In this document: positions 29,726 through 40,199 of the stretch, one piece after another
How the letters are laid out: each line of letters starts with the position of its first letter
Position numbering within the stretch: position 1 is the first letter of the stretch
Source of the DNA: Salisapilia sapeloensis CBS 127946
Taxonomy: Eukaryota; Protista; Oomycota
DNA: 45,448 nucleotides
Direction of reading: 5' to 3'
Assembly: GCA_023334545.1 (NCBI GenBank)
Contig: JAADVB010000156.1
Span: 1 to 45,448 of the forward strand
The notes under the pieces: model-generated
What the model was told of the DNA's origin: nothing
Databases searched by the model: none
What the model saw: the letters and a program-made list of their open reading frames with translations, nothing else
Translations under genes and position numbers: made by a program

Positions 29726-30217
29726 TTACGGCTGCAGCAAACTATTTTCGATCTCTTCCTTGGTTGATAAAGACTGCAACAGGCGTTGGAGCTGTTGCAA
29801 TCGAGGCACTGGAATCGTCACTTGATTGTCAACGTTACTAGCAGCGGACTGTAAAAAGTCGAGCACATCGCAGTACTCTTCCAAGTCTTCTTCCCGCCAA
29901 GACAATAAGCGTCTCCGATTTGGCTCGAGTAGATCAGAGATATCGATTGCCGCCACCGATTCGACGCTTTCGACATCATCTTCTTCCGGGTCATTTTTCA
30001 CTGCATGATCTTTATTGTCTTCCTTGTCTTCATTTGGGTTTTGATTCGTCTCCTCTTCCTCCTCTTCAGGACCTTCCGTACGTGCCTTTTGATCAAGTGC
30101 AGTAGCGTTCGAGTTTACATGTTCACCCGTAGAGGTATCCGATACTTTATCTTTCCTATCGTAATCAATTCGATTCGAAAGATAGACGTTTGAGCTACTG
30201 TGCGTAGGACTGTTCAT
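29726..30217 (-). CDS. Hypothetical acidic protein
   Basis: 163-aa ATG-initiated ORF with an acidic N-terminal half and a helical C-terminal half (WREEDLEEYCDVLDFLQSAA). No family recognised. Confidence 0.55.
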   Translation of the reverse strand: MNSPTHSSSNVYLSNRIDYDRKDKVSDTSTGEHVNSNATALDQKARTEGPEEEEEETNQNPNEDKEDNKDHAVKNDPEEDDVESVESVAAIDISDLLEPNRRRLLSWREEDLEEYCDVLDFLQSAASNVDNQVTIPVPRLQQLQRLLQSLSTKEEIENSLLQP

Positions 30218-30324
30218 GGTCGTGAGATGTTTCGTTTAGAAATGAGCATGCCAAGTCAGGTCTGTTGCATCCCACTTGAAGACGCTCGACAAAATGCTTA
30301 TAAATAACTAGAAGAAAGGAGAAT

Positions 30325-31269
30325 CTATTTTCTCAGTAAAGACTTGACGACGATTCTTTTTCCGTTGGCATCAAACGGATTGGAAAAAGCGATCGCATAT
30401 GCATGTAGCAACAGTCTCTTATGACGCGAGCCGCCATATTTCTCATCCCCGACAATCGGCGAGTGCAGTACTTCCGAGCAATGGACACGCAATTGATGCT
30501 TTCGACCTGTTTTAGGACAAAGCTCCAGCCATATTTTATTCCCGTCTGTCGGCCCATAGCTCTTAGCTGTACGAGGATCCAGGAGTCCAACCTGCGTCTT
30601 AGCCCGCTTCTCGTCGACAGGACTAACGACTGTGTCTGGTAGATTGGTAATCCAATCTTTCAATGTCTTTGACTGGTCTAATTGAGGTTCCACGAGAGCG
30701 TGGTATGTCTTGTGGACTTTATTATTCTGCAAGAGGTCGCCAAACTTTGCTGCAGCACGTCGACTGCGCGCTAGAACGAGTATGCCAGAGGTCGCTCGGT
30801 CGAGTCGATGGACTAACCTCGGCGTTTCTCCGCCGTATTTAGCTGCAAAAGTGGGTAAATAATCAACTAACGATTCCGTCACGTTGGTCCCACGTTGTGT
30901 AGCGAGTGAAGGAGGCTTGTTGATAATAATATAGTTCTCATCGTGATAAAGGATGCTTCGTAGGAGCTGTTGCGCTCTTGGATTCTGTAGAGCATCCACA
31001 TCTACCTCTCTTTCCAAACTTGCAGGTGCGTGCAATGCATTGCCAAATAAATGTGCATCAATGGCGATGATGGAGCCTCCTTGCAAAATTTCTTTGGCTC
31101 GAACGCTTCGTAGCTGTCCAGTAGCAGGCGAGTCTGGTGCCGTGCCAAGTCGAATTTTACGTTTACGAAGTTGCTTCTGAATGAAAGATTGAGGAGTATG
31201 TGGAAACTGTTGATGCATCCATCTATCGAGTCTCATTTCACTCTCGGACGTCGCAATCCGGCGCCACAT
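30325..31269 (-). CDS. RluA/RluC-family RNA pseudouridine synthase with S4-like domain, probably organellar
   Basis: RLDRWM S4-like motif, INKPPSLATQ, catalytic HRLDRATSG, TGRKHQLRVH and PIVGDEKYG. Likely start MWRRIA at 31269; the ORF track starts at 31341. Confidence 0.9.
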   Translation of the reverse strand: MWRRIATSESEMRLDRWMHQQFPHTPQSFIQKQLRKRKIRLGTAPDSPATGQLRSVRAKEILQGGSIIAIDAHLFGNALHAPASLEREVDVDALQNPRAQQLLRSILYHDENYIIINKPPSLATQRGTNVTESLVDYLPTFAAKYGGETPRLVHRLDRATSGILVLARSRRAAAKFGDLLQNNKVHKTYHALVEPQLDQSKTLKDWITNLPDTVVSPVDEKRAKTQVGLLDPRTAKSYGPTDGNKIWLELCPKTGRKHQLRVHCSEVLHSPIVGDEKYGGSRHKRLLLHAYAIAFSNPFDANGKRIVVKSLLRK

Positions 31270-31463
31270 CCATTTAGAAGCTTGGGTCCAAGTCATTACC
31301 ATGAAGTGGTCAAAAGGTAGCCATTGCATATTTTTGACCAATCCGAGTGCTCATATTTCATTTTTCTCGAATAAAAGAACGAATTCCATGACTGGATGTG
31401 GACAAGAATTTCGACAAATAAGCCAATTTGATTGATAACCAAGCGTAGAGCATTGGGAGCAGT

Positions 31464-32992
31464 ATGAATCAGGACAAGGAGAAGGGAGCGAAGCAATTCC
31501 AAAAGCAAAAGAAGGTCGTTGGAGACCTCCTTACGAGTGCCGAAAGTATGTTGCATCTCTAAATGTAAACTATCGCAGAATGAACGGACATTTGACAATC
31601 TGATTATAATGAATAGATGGTGATATGGAGCTTCTGGAGAAGACGGTCGCAGAGATCGAAGCGATGAAGGGGACTACAATTAAAGACGCACTCATCAGCT
31701 TCAAGGATGCCCATAAACGTACGGCACTTCATTTTGCAGCCGCCAAGGGACGTCGAAAAGTGGTCAAGTACCTCATCGCTCAATCTCCAGAGTGCGTCCA
31801 TGAGGTGGATGAAGAAGGATCTACTGCCTTGCTATATGCTGCCAAAGAGAATGAGTTCTCTACTATGAAGCTATTGTTGGAGAGTGGAGCTGATGCAAAC
31901 AAGAGCAAGACGAACGGTACGACAGCGCTTCACGAAGCTGCTGCTAACGGCAGTGCTCGATCGTGCTCCCTATTGCTCGACAATGGTGCTGACATTGAAG
32001 CTTCCACGCCCAATGGCACATCTCTGCACATGGCCGTAAGCGAGGATCGTGAGAAGACGGTGGCAACACTCATTGAACGTCATGCTAACGTCAATGCCAA
32101 GAACCAGCAAGGTGTGACTCCTCTCCTCCTCTGCTGTCTTATGAATAAACCAGTGGTGGCAAGAAAACTATTGGAAGCTGGTGCAGATCTCTCTATCACG
32201 ATCATGGGAGGCATCACTGCCTTGCACATTGCAGCTGAAACGGGCTTTGTCGACGTCGTCCAAGCGTTCTTGGAAACTCGATCGGATGACACAAAGGTAG
32301 CTGCCAGCACTAAGACGAATGACGGTGCAACTCCTTTGCAACTCGCGGCTGGCATGGGTCACCACGAGATTGTCCAATTGTTGCAGCCTCTTACTGGTTC
32401 CTTCGAGAACGCTGATATTAACGAAGTCATGGAAACTGAGAAGCAAAAGCTTGATGCGTACTATGAAAAGGCAGCTGCAGAGCAGAGTGAATCGGCTGCG
32501 CAAGTGAGTGAAGAGGACAAGCGAATTGCGAAACAGATTGAGGAAGTAGTACCAGAAGACCAGGTCGTGGCACCAACCGTGTCTGAAGTCAGTGAAGATC
32601 GACAGACAAAGGCGGTGGAGCTGAAGAACGCTGGCAACAAAAAGTACTTGGCCAAGGAGTACAAGGAAGCAGTGGATCTGTACTCGCAGGCGATTGAGGA
32701 AAACCCGTTGGATCCTATCTTGTACAGCAACCGATGCGCAGCATACCTGGGTGACAAGGAAGCTGGTAAAGCGCTGAATGACGTTCGTATTTCTAAGAAA
32801 TTGAAACCCAAGTGGGCGAAGGCACTCTTTCGGGAGGGACAATGCCTCGAGGCACTGAAACTGTACGAGGACGCGGCGTATGCGCTATGGAACGCCGTGC
32901 AATTAGCTCCAGATGACAAAGTTCTTAAGAAACGCTTCCACGATTGTGTCGCTAGAGGTCGTGAAGACCACTTTAGCAAGAAGTCAACATGA
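31464..32992 (+). CDS. Ankyrin-repeat plus TPR protein
   Basis: Exon 1 from ATG 31464 and intron 31546-31616. About 7 ankyrin repeats (RTALHFAAAKG, TALLYAA, TALHEAA, TSLHMAV, TPLL, TALHIAA, TPLQLAA) are followed by 3 TPR motifs (LKNAGNKKY, ILYSNRCAAY, KALFREGQ). Confidence 0.9.
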
Positions 32993-33057
32993 AATAGTCG
33001 TTACTTCGGAGGTCATGGACCTGTATAAATATAGCTTTTGCTTCGTGTTAGAGTTGC

Positions 33058-36000
33058 ATGTCAGTGAACGAGACGAAAGAGGTATACATCGCAGAGTGGA
33101 CAGACTTTTGTGGATCTTATGTGAAGTATAAACGAAGGCGAGAGTTGCTACAGGCAACAACAAGAACTAGTCAAAGAGAAGTCAAGTGGCGGATTCCTTG
33201 GCAACTTGGCGAGTCCCATTCATGGGTACGAATGAGGAAGTTGGTGTATGAAAAATGTGCTCTCCATTTCTCTTCAGCGCATGAAGCGTCCAGACGTGGT
33301 GATGCAGCGCTACTGGAACAACTGATTGCTCAAGACTGTACAATGTCGATGCTCAAAGACAGTAGTGGTCGCCTTCCTATTCACCAGGCAGTTGTTCATC
33401 AGCAGTTAAATTGCATCACTGTGCTTCTTCGTCAAGATAACCACTGTCACCAGCTACTGTGGAAGGACAACTCGGACTATACACCATTTCACTACGTCTT
33501 ACGAAAATTGGACCTGAAACTACGACGTGGAGATTGCACTACACCAAAGCTTGTATTTGCTCTTCAACTGCGAGAAAACAATCGTGATTTTAATGATATG
33601 TGGTTAATGGCAGACCGGATGCTGTCATTAGTAAAAGCTGGTAGCTATATTCCAGATGACTGGTTCGACTTCGACTTGCGAATTCGTGGAGATGCATGGG
33701 ATGCCTGTCGATGTGGTAACTTTGACCGCCTTCGACGTATTCAGGGTTTATATAAGGATAGATTACACGCCGAGTTTCAAACAGTACTATCGTTGCTCAA
33801 TTGGACACTCCTTCACGAAGCCTGCTCTGGCACTTATCCATCGGTTCACCTCATCCGCTATCTGCTCACTCATGTCAAGATATCTCTTCATGTACAAGAT
33901 CAAAGCGGTTGTACAGCTTTACATGTCGCCGCTCGGAGACATCAGACAGATGTATGCCAAGTTCTTGTACATCCTAATGCGACTGATGATCAAGACAGTA
34001 TTGATGATTTCATACTAATCCAAGACGTAAGGGGTCGTACAGCTCTGCATTGGAGCATTATGGCAGGCACTTATACGCATTCAAAGGATGATAGGAGAAG
34101 AATGGAGGCAACGACGTTACTACTAGCCAAAGCCAATAAGATGGCCTTATATGTCCATGATGATGACGGAAGATGTCCATTCGATCTCGCAGTTATTTGT
34201 GGCAACGCAACACTAGTGCATGAGCTGCTATCACTTGGTGCTGACCCGACGGGAAAAGCTTGCTTGCTATTTAATATCGACCCGTCGGTAGTCGTGAAGA
34301 AGACCAGTGGATATCGTGCAAAGGCTGGATGGGCACCATGCGCGCGAATATTTCGACGAGGACGTACTCAAGACACGATTGTATGCCATGCGAATGCCGA
34401 TTCTTTAGAGAAAACAAAGCCATTAACGAAACTTGATCACCTCATGCAGTGGTAACAAAGCTATCCATTATCTACATTAAAAATATTTAATTTAATACAA
34501 CTCTTTACATGGTGATCTAGGTTAGAAAGAGTGAGAGGGAAAACCAAACAGTTTCAACAAACGGATAAAGATGCTTTCGTAGGAGCTGTGGGTGATAAAA
34601 ATTGTGATAAATGCGAAGAGAAAAGTGAAGATGGAGAACAGAAAAAGTTTATAGGAAATGAGGATGCTGAAACTGCGAGTGACCGCTGGAAACTTGGCTG
34701 TCGCACATTCGGTGCTGTATGTGATCTTTGTAAATCAGACGAAGACGAAGTACCTATCCCAGGCAAACTTTGTATTTCCCTGACCCCACTCGCATTTGCG
34801 ATAAAGAGTATTATGCGAAAAAGTATCGGAAAAGATGAAAGCGACATAAGAAGTTTTGATCGGTTGGAGATTGTCAAAACACTACTTTGCATTGGCGGCT
34901 ACGATCTCCATGATGGAATCGCGTCGATAACTACTGCTTTACAGCAAGCTTGTTCAGTCAAAGATAACCAGTTACTGCTATCTCTTGTAGAGCTGTTGCT
35001 GAAGCACTTTCAGGTGTTGGTGGGGAAAAGAATTTTCAAACCATTTATTAGTGATGCCGGTATCGACATTCACTTTAAAGACACAGTGATGTGTCACATT
35101 CTGCGAGAGGGGTCTACCGCCCGAATTGACGAAAGCTTACCTATATTTCTATTTATCCATCGCTGCTTTAAAAGTTTGCAGTGGTTCATCAACTCCACAG
35201 AAGATCACGGAACGAAGACGATTGTATCATTGACCAGAGCAGTTTGCCAAAGTCCAATGCAAAAGATACAAATACGCTTCGAACATGTACAATTTGTTTT
35301 CGAGAATTTAAAAAAAATGTGTGAAGTGCAAGTGAGGAGAACGGTGTTATCGGACATCTTGCTGCTAGCTATTCGAAATGAGACAAAGAAAGCTCACATG
35401 AGCGATAGAGGAAGAAGTAGAATGGCATCAATAATTGTCACGAAATGTGTCCAGGTCATTACCGCATCTTCTGTCGAACTGCGCATTCTAGAGGAGATGA
35501 TAAAGTTCGGGTTTCTTGATGTCGCATCGGCTCTTCTAGACAAGTGGGCTCTATACTCTAATCAGACACTCCTCTTGAATTCCTTTCTGGCGAAAATATG
35601 GAGCTGTCAGACGAACCGACTTCAATGGCCCAACTTGGAAACAACACAGTTATGTCAGTCAATTGCTTTGAAAGCAATCGACATTGCCATTCGAAGCCGA
35701 GACACAGTAGAGAGCAATGATGGTATATCTTGGCGTAGTCTATTGTATGCCTGCGCTCTGAATCTTCCAACTGATTACATTACCACGTTACTAGAATATC
35801 TTCGTGACCATCAACCAATTGAAAGTCATGGTACAACTTGTACAGACAGCAGAGTTGGTGGAATGACAATAGCTCAATGGATTGTCATGCATGATCGTCA
35901 AGATTTGGTTCCAATCTTATCCAATGCGATGACCAAAACAGACGCGAACATTCACATGCAATGGCTTGACTTGGTCTTCGCAAGTATGCAGCGTCCGCGA

Positions 36001-37992
36001 AACGATAGTCGTCGCACATGCTGGCTACAATTGCTTTTCGAAATTTACTGTCCGTATAAGCCTTTGGCAAGCTCTGGCACTGCTTCTTCGCTCGACTCTG
36101 CATTGGCAAAGAAACTGAAGTCGATCATCGCTCGATGTGACTCGACACTCCTGCTGGATTACTGTTTAAAAAGCGGTATTTGTATTGACGGTCACTTTGT
36201 CTCTGAACTAGTACAATGGAATGCTATCCAGTGTGTGAGATGGATTTTCGTCCAGCATGAAGAATCTCAGTGGGATACACTGGGCACATTAGAATACGAG
36301 AAAAGTAATGTACAAGGGATGGATCTAGTGACGACATGCAGACTTCTTGGATATCATGAAATGGCCGGCGTACTAGAATCCAAGTCAATATCTCAAAACA
36401 AGCCAGTAAAAGTGTCTTCCGATGATGTCGATGGCTTGCTTGTATACTATCATATCAATCATGGAACATTTCGTATCCTCATGGAAACGAATGAAAATTC
36501 AACTAGTAAATCCGATTGTCAACTTGAACCATCTCGAGGTCTTGGGATACCTATATGGGCAGGAGGTTTTCGATCAGCATGTTCATGGGACCGACCAGAC
36601 TTGCTCAGCAGCTATCATGCGAAAAATCTACACATGAATACTTCAAGTGAAGAAGTAAAATTCTTAGTAAAAGACTTGGTATGCGCCTGCATAGAGCACA
36701 CAGCAGTGAAGGCTTTACGTTGGCTACTTGAACACTATCCTGGAATGTATTCTGATATAGCTAACGATGGAAATACGGGGTCCGAGTTACTACTCGATTC
36801 CAGTCGACATCCAAGCAATGTCCATGCGGAGATGACTCGAGTGCTTTTGGAATATGGCACTCCTCCTGGTCGTTTAAGTGGAGACGGCATCGATACTACT
36901 CTTCTTCATCGAGTGGCGTGCTTCACAGACCCGGACGCAGCTTGTCACATATTGGAAAGCCTTCTCATTCGACCGGAGGCCGATGTCAATGTCCGAGATG
37001 GTTTTGGTAACTCTCCCCTTTCCTATGCACTCGTGGCAGGTCAACTAGAGACAGCTTGCTATCTCATGCTTCGAAGAGACATTCGATTAGAAGCCGAATA
37101 TGAAGGCCAGTCCTGGTTCTATGATCACCTGACACTCTTGCCTAGCTATTGCCAACGATACTTGGTCCAAACATTTTTAATCAGCAAGCGCCAGCACGCT
37201 TTTTTGCACTGCACTGTAGGATCGGATAGTGATGAGGACACAGTGGAAGTGAGGTGTACGTGTCAATGTTTCGAGATGACTGAGGAGACTGATGTATGTG
37301 GCTTCTGTGGACATGCTTTAGCACGCCATGTTCGAGTACCAACCCCATCTTGGTTTCTAGACCAATACGGGACCTACGAGCCTTTGCAAGATACGAGTGG
37401 ATATCTGTCCGAGACTGAAGTTGAGGATACCCGAGGTCGATTAGGAAATGCAGCCATGCAGCGGATAGCACTTGTCAAGTACGCCAGACTAGTCAATACA
37501 TTCGGATTATCCTTGGCTCTTCTGCCAGGTAAATTGTACGCAAGTGATGTGGAAGAAGAGTCACAAATGGAAGTACAAGAGGAGGAGCATCAACAAGAAG
37601 TGCAAGCGCCGATTAGACTGATTCCCAAACGGCACACTATTGTCGGGGGTAAAACTATTCACTTGACGGTGTCGAAGTCCGACCTTTTGATGTTCTGTGT
37701 GCGCAAGTGGCAACTGCGAGCTCGAAAAGCATCCCTCCCATCTTGTTTCCAAGCTTGGATGTGGTCAGTCTATGTCGCCCAGACGCAAGCGCAATTGCTG
37801 GCCTCCATCAACCGGCGCATCTATCAGCAAACATTTGATCAGTGGAAATACCAGTGCTTGGCATTTGTCACCCAGGCGCGTTTGGACAAAGTCGTCGATC
37901 ACTTCACCGACCAAACACGCGGATATCGGATCAAGACGCTTGTCTATCGACAAGCGAAGCTAGAGGAGCAGCGACAAAGCCTGAGACTGTAA
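33058..37992 (+). CDS. Large (~1600 aa) ankyrin-repeat protein with Cys/His zinc-finger-like cluster
   Basis: The AT-rich 69-nt intron 34452-34520 joins the 465-aa and 1153-aa ORFs in frame (TG|G = Trp). Ankyrin repeats occur in both exons (RLPIHQAV, TLLHEAC, TALHVAA, TALHWSI, TLLHRVA, SPLSYAL). Confidence 0.8.
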
Positions 37993-38097
37993 ATAGACAT
38001 GGTCGCAATTGATTTTTTCGAAAAAGTCAGCCTTTTCAACTTGAAACCTTATTTTGCAGCCTAGTCGCGCAACGAAGTTGAAGCTGTGCGAGTAACA

Positions 38098-38901
38098 ATG
38101 TCGATTACTCGCTTCCCCTTCGTTCAACTCGATCGTCCATCAACACGCCTAAGGCACGTACTTTCTGACTCTTCCTTGGATCGGATTCCTGGACGGTACT
38201 CGACCGGCACCTTTCCCCATTAGCTTTTTTTCTACTTTTTTTCAGAATCGAAAGTTTAGCTCATTCGCACTTCCACCCAAGCGTGCACACTGAGCCACCA
38301 GTCTTTCTTTTGCCGTAGAATGATGAAGCGTTGCCAAGCCAAACAAGGTCTGCAGTCGGATTGGAATCCGGCATTGGAACAAGAGGATGAGGTCCTGTCA
38401 TCCTGGACGGCCATACATCCGGACGAGACGGTGACGGACGACGAGGACGTTGAAATCGGTCTGCCGTCTGATAATGAGGATCCTCAGCCGCCGCCGACGA
38501 GAACGAAAGACCACGCGCTAAATGTCCAAGTACCACTCCCGAGTTCATCGCCCAAGTGCCTCGGTCGACCTATGAAGATGACGGATCGAGCGACACCTTG
38601 CTCCCCGCCGGTGCCTATTCCTCGAAAGAGGTGGCACCGATCGCACACATCACCGCCTAAATTTAAAAATAAGCCAGAAGAACGAACGTACCCCATGTCT
38701 CCTCATCACCCAGTCGATTCGGACGATGAAGAGTTTAGTACGTGTCGGTGGCCGCAGAGCAGAGCGCAGTTATGGGATGAGAATTGGCATTTTAAGTTGT
38801 CACTGGAATCGCGCGAGAGCTTTGAGGCTGCTGCTCACCAAGCAGCTTCGGCCACGGATGATAGTTCAGCAGAGGAAGATGTGTTCGCCATGGACGATTG
38901 A
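38098..38901 (+). CDS. Disordered Pro/Ser-rich protein ending in TOS-like FAMDD
   Basis: Main ORF 38320-38901 (193 aa). An upstream exon from ATG 38098 can join in frame through intron 38196-38318; the start is uncertain. Confidence 0.65.
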
Positions 38902-39230
38902 CCATCCACTCTTTTATTTCTCACGTAGGGTCTTTCCTTTCCATTTTGGGTCGACTGCACATGCGCTCGGCCGCTCCACCACAAGTACAACAAATTTATA
39001 TTAAGAAAATCACATCTGCTACCTTTGGATTTAACTGCGTACTACTGTATGCCACGTCTTTCGTATGCAAGCATCGGGCATAAGGGTTTCCGAGGATACA
39101 TGTAGAAAAGATTTCTTTGGATAGGAATCTTGTTGACGCATGCGCTATCGACTGGAGTGACAGTTTTTCCTCAGTAACGCTCGTTATCTTTAGTTTTCCC
39201 TGGGACATTCGGGGATTCACGAAAGAGCAC

Positions 39231-40145
39231 ATGGATCAACAAGGCTACGATGAACTGTACAAAGGTAGAACTTTTCATGCTAAGTTACCGATCGATGTAT
39301 TAAGTATGCGTGTAGTCGTCTTGGTAGGAGACCCAGGAGTCGGTAAGAGCAACCTACTTGCAACGTTCCTGGCGACAGACGACAAGAATCCGGATGCCGA
39401 TATGACAAAGTCGTTTAACGCCCATACGAGACCGACCATTGGCGTCGAATTTGGCACCAAGATCCTGCATCATCCAAACGGCGCTCGGATTAAAGTGCAA
39501 GTGTGGGACACAGGTAACGCATCTACAACTTTTATCCTGCCGTCGTATCGAATGGGCGCTCCGACTTACTCGAACTTGCTATGCACCCCATCAGCCGGTC
39601 AAGAACGTTACCGAGCCATCACGAACTCGTATGTATCTGCTTACATGGATCTTACCCTGTTCAAGAAGTGCAACTGTCATTGCGTGTATAGACATTACCG
39701 ACGTGCTGGAGGAGCTCTCATCGTGTACGACGTTTCCAGTACAAAATCTTTCGATCATGCGAAACTGTATTGGCTGGAAGAACTGAAGAAAGCATCGACG
39801 AAAGACAGTTTCTTGTCGAGTTGCATTTCCATTGTTGGCAACAAGACCGATTTGGAATTGGAAACCAATCTGAATGATACGTCTGAACCTACCCAGTCAT
39901 CCTTTGTATCGCCCATTGCACATGACAGTGTCGTGGAAGAGCTAGGTGTCAATGGAAGTCGAGTGTCCGCTAAAGCAGGCACCAACGTCTACCAGGCCTT
40001 TTACGACCTGATCATGCACATGTATGATTTAAACCATCAAAAGGATGAGCAATCAAGACCAACTCGTATCGACGCCGTTCAACCTATTCAACTGGAAGCC
40101 CTGCCGCTTCAACACTCACCACGAAAAACCAATAATTGTTGTTAG
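39231..40145 (+). CDS. Divergent Rab11-like small GTPase
   Basis: GDPGVGKSNLL, TIGVEFGTK, WDTAGQERY after removing intron 39514-39594, NS|HYRRAGGALIVYD after removing 39629-39691, GNKTD, SAK and a C-terminal CC prenylation motif. Confidence 0.9.
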   Translation: MDQQGYDELYKGRTFHAKLPIDVLSMRVVVLVGDPGVGKSNLLATFLATDDKNPDADMTKSFNAHTRPTIGVEFGTKILHHPNGARIKVQVWDTGNASTTFILPSYRMGAPTYSNLLCTPSAGQERYRAITNSYVSAYMDLTLFKKCNCHCVYRHYRRAGGALIVYDVSSTKSFDHAKLYWLEELKKASTKDSFLSSCISIVGNKTDLELETNLNDTSEPTQSSFVSPIAHDSVVEELGVNGSRVSAKAGTNVYQAFYDLIMHMYDLNHQKDEQSRPTRIDAVQPIQLEALPLQHSPRKTNNCC

Positions 40146-40199
40146 ACGCTATCAATATAATGGAACTGAAAGTCAATTCTATTATCCTTTCCAACATGT

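Noticed and set aside
32168-32979. Minus-strand ORFs of 224 and 172 aa
   Set aside because: Antisense to the ankyrin-TPR gene, with no motifs.
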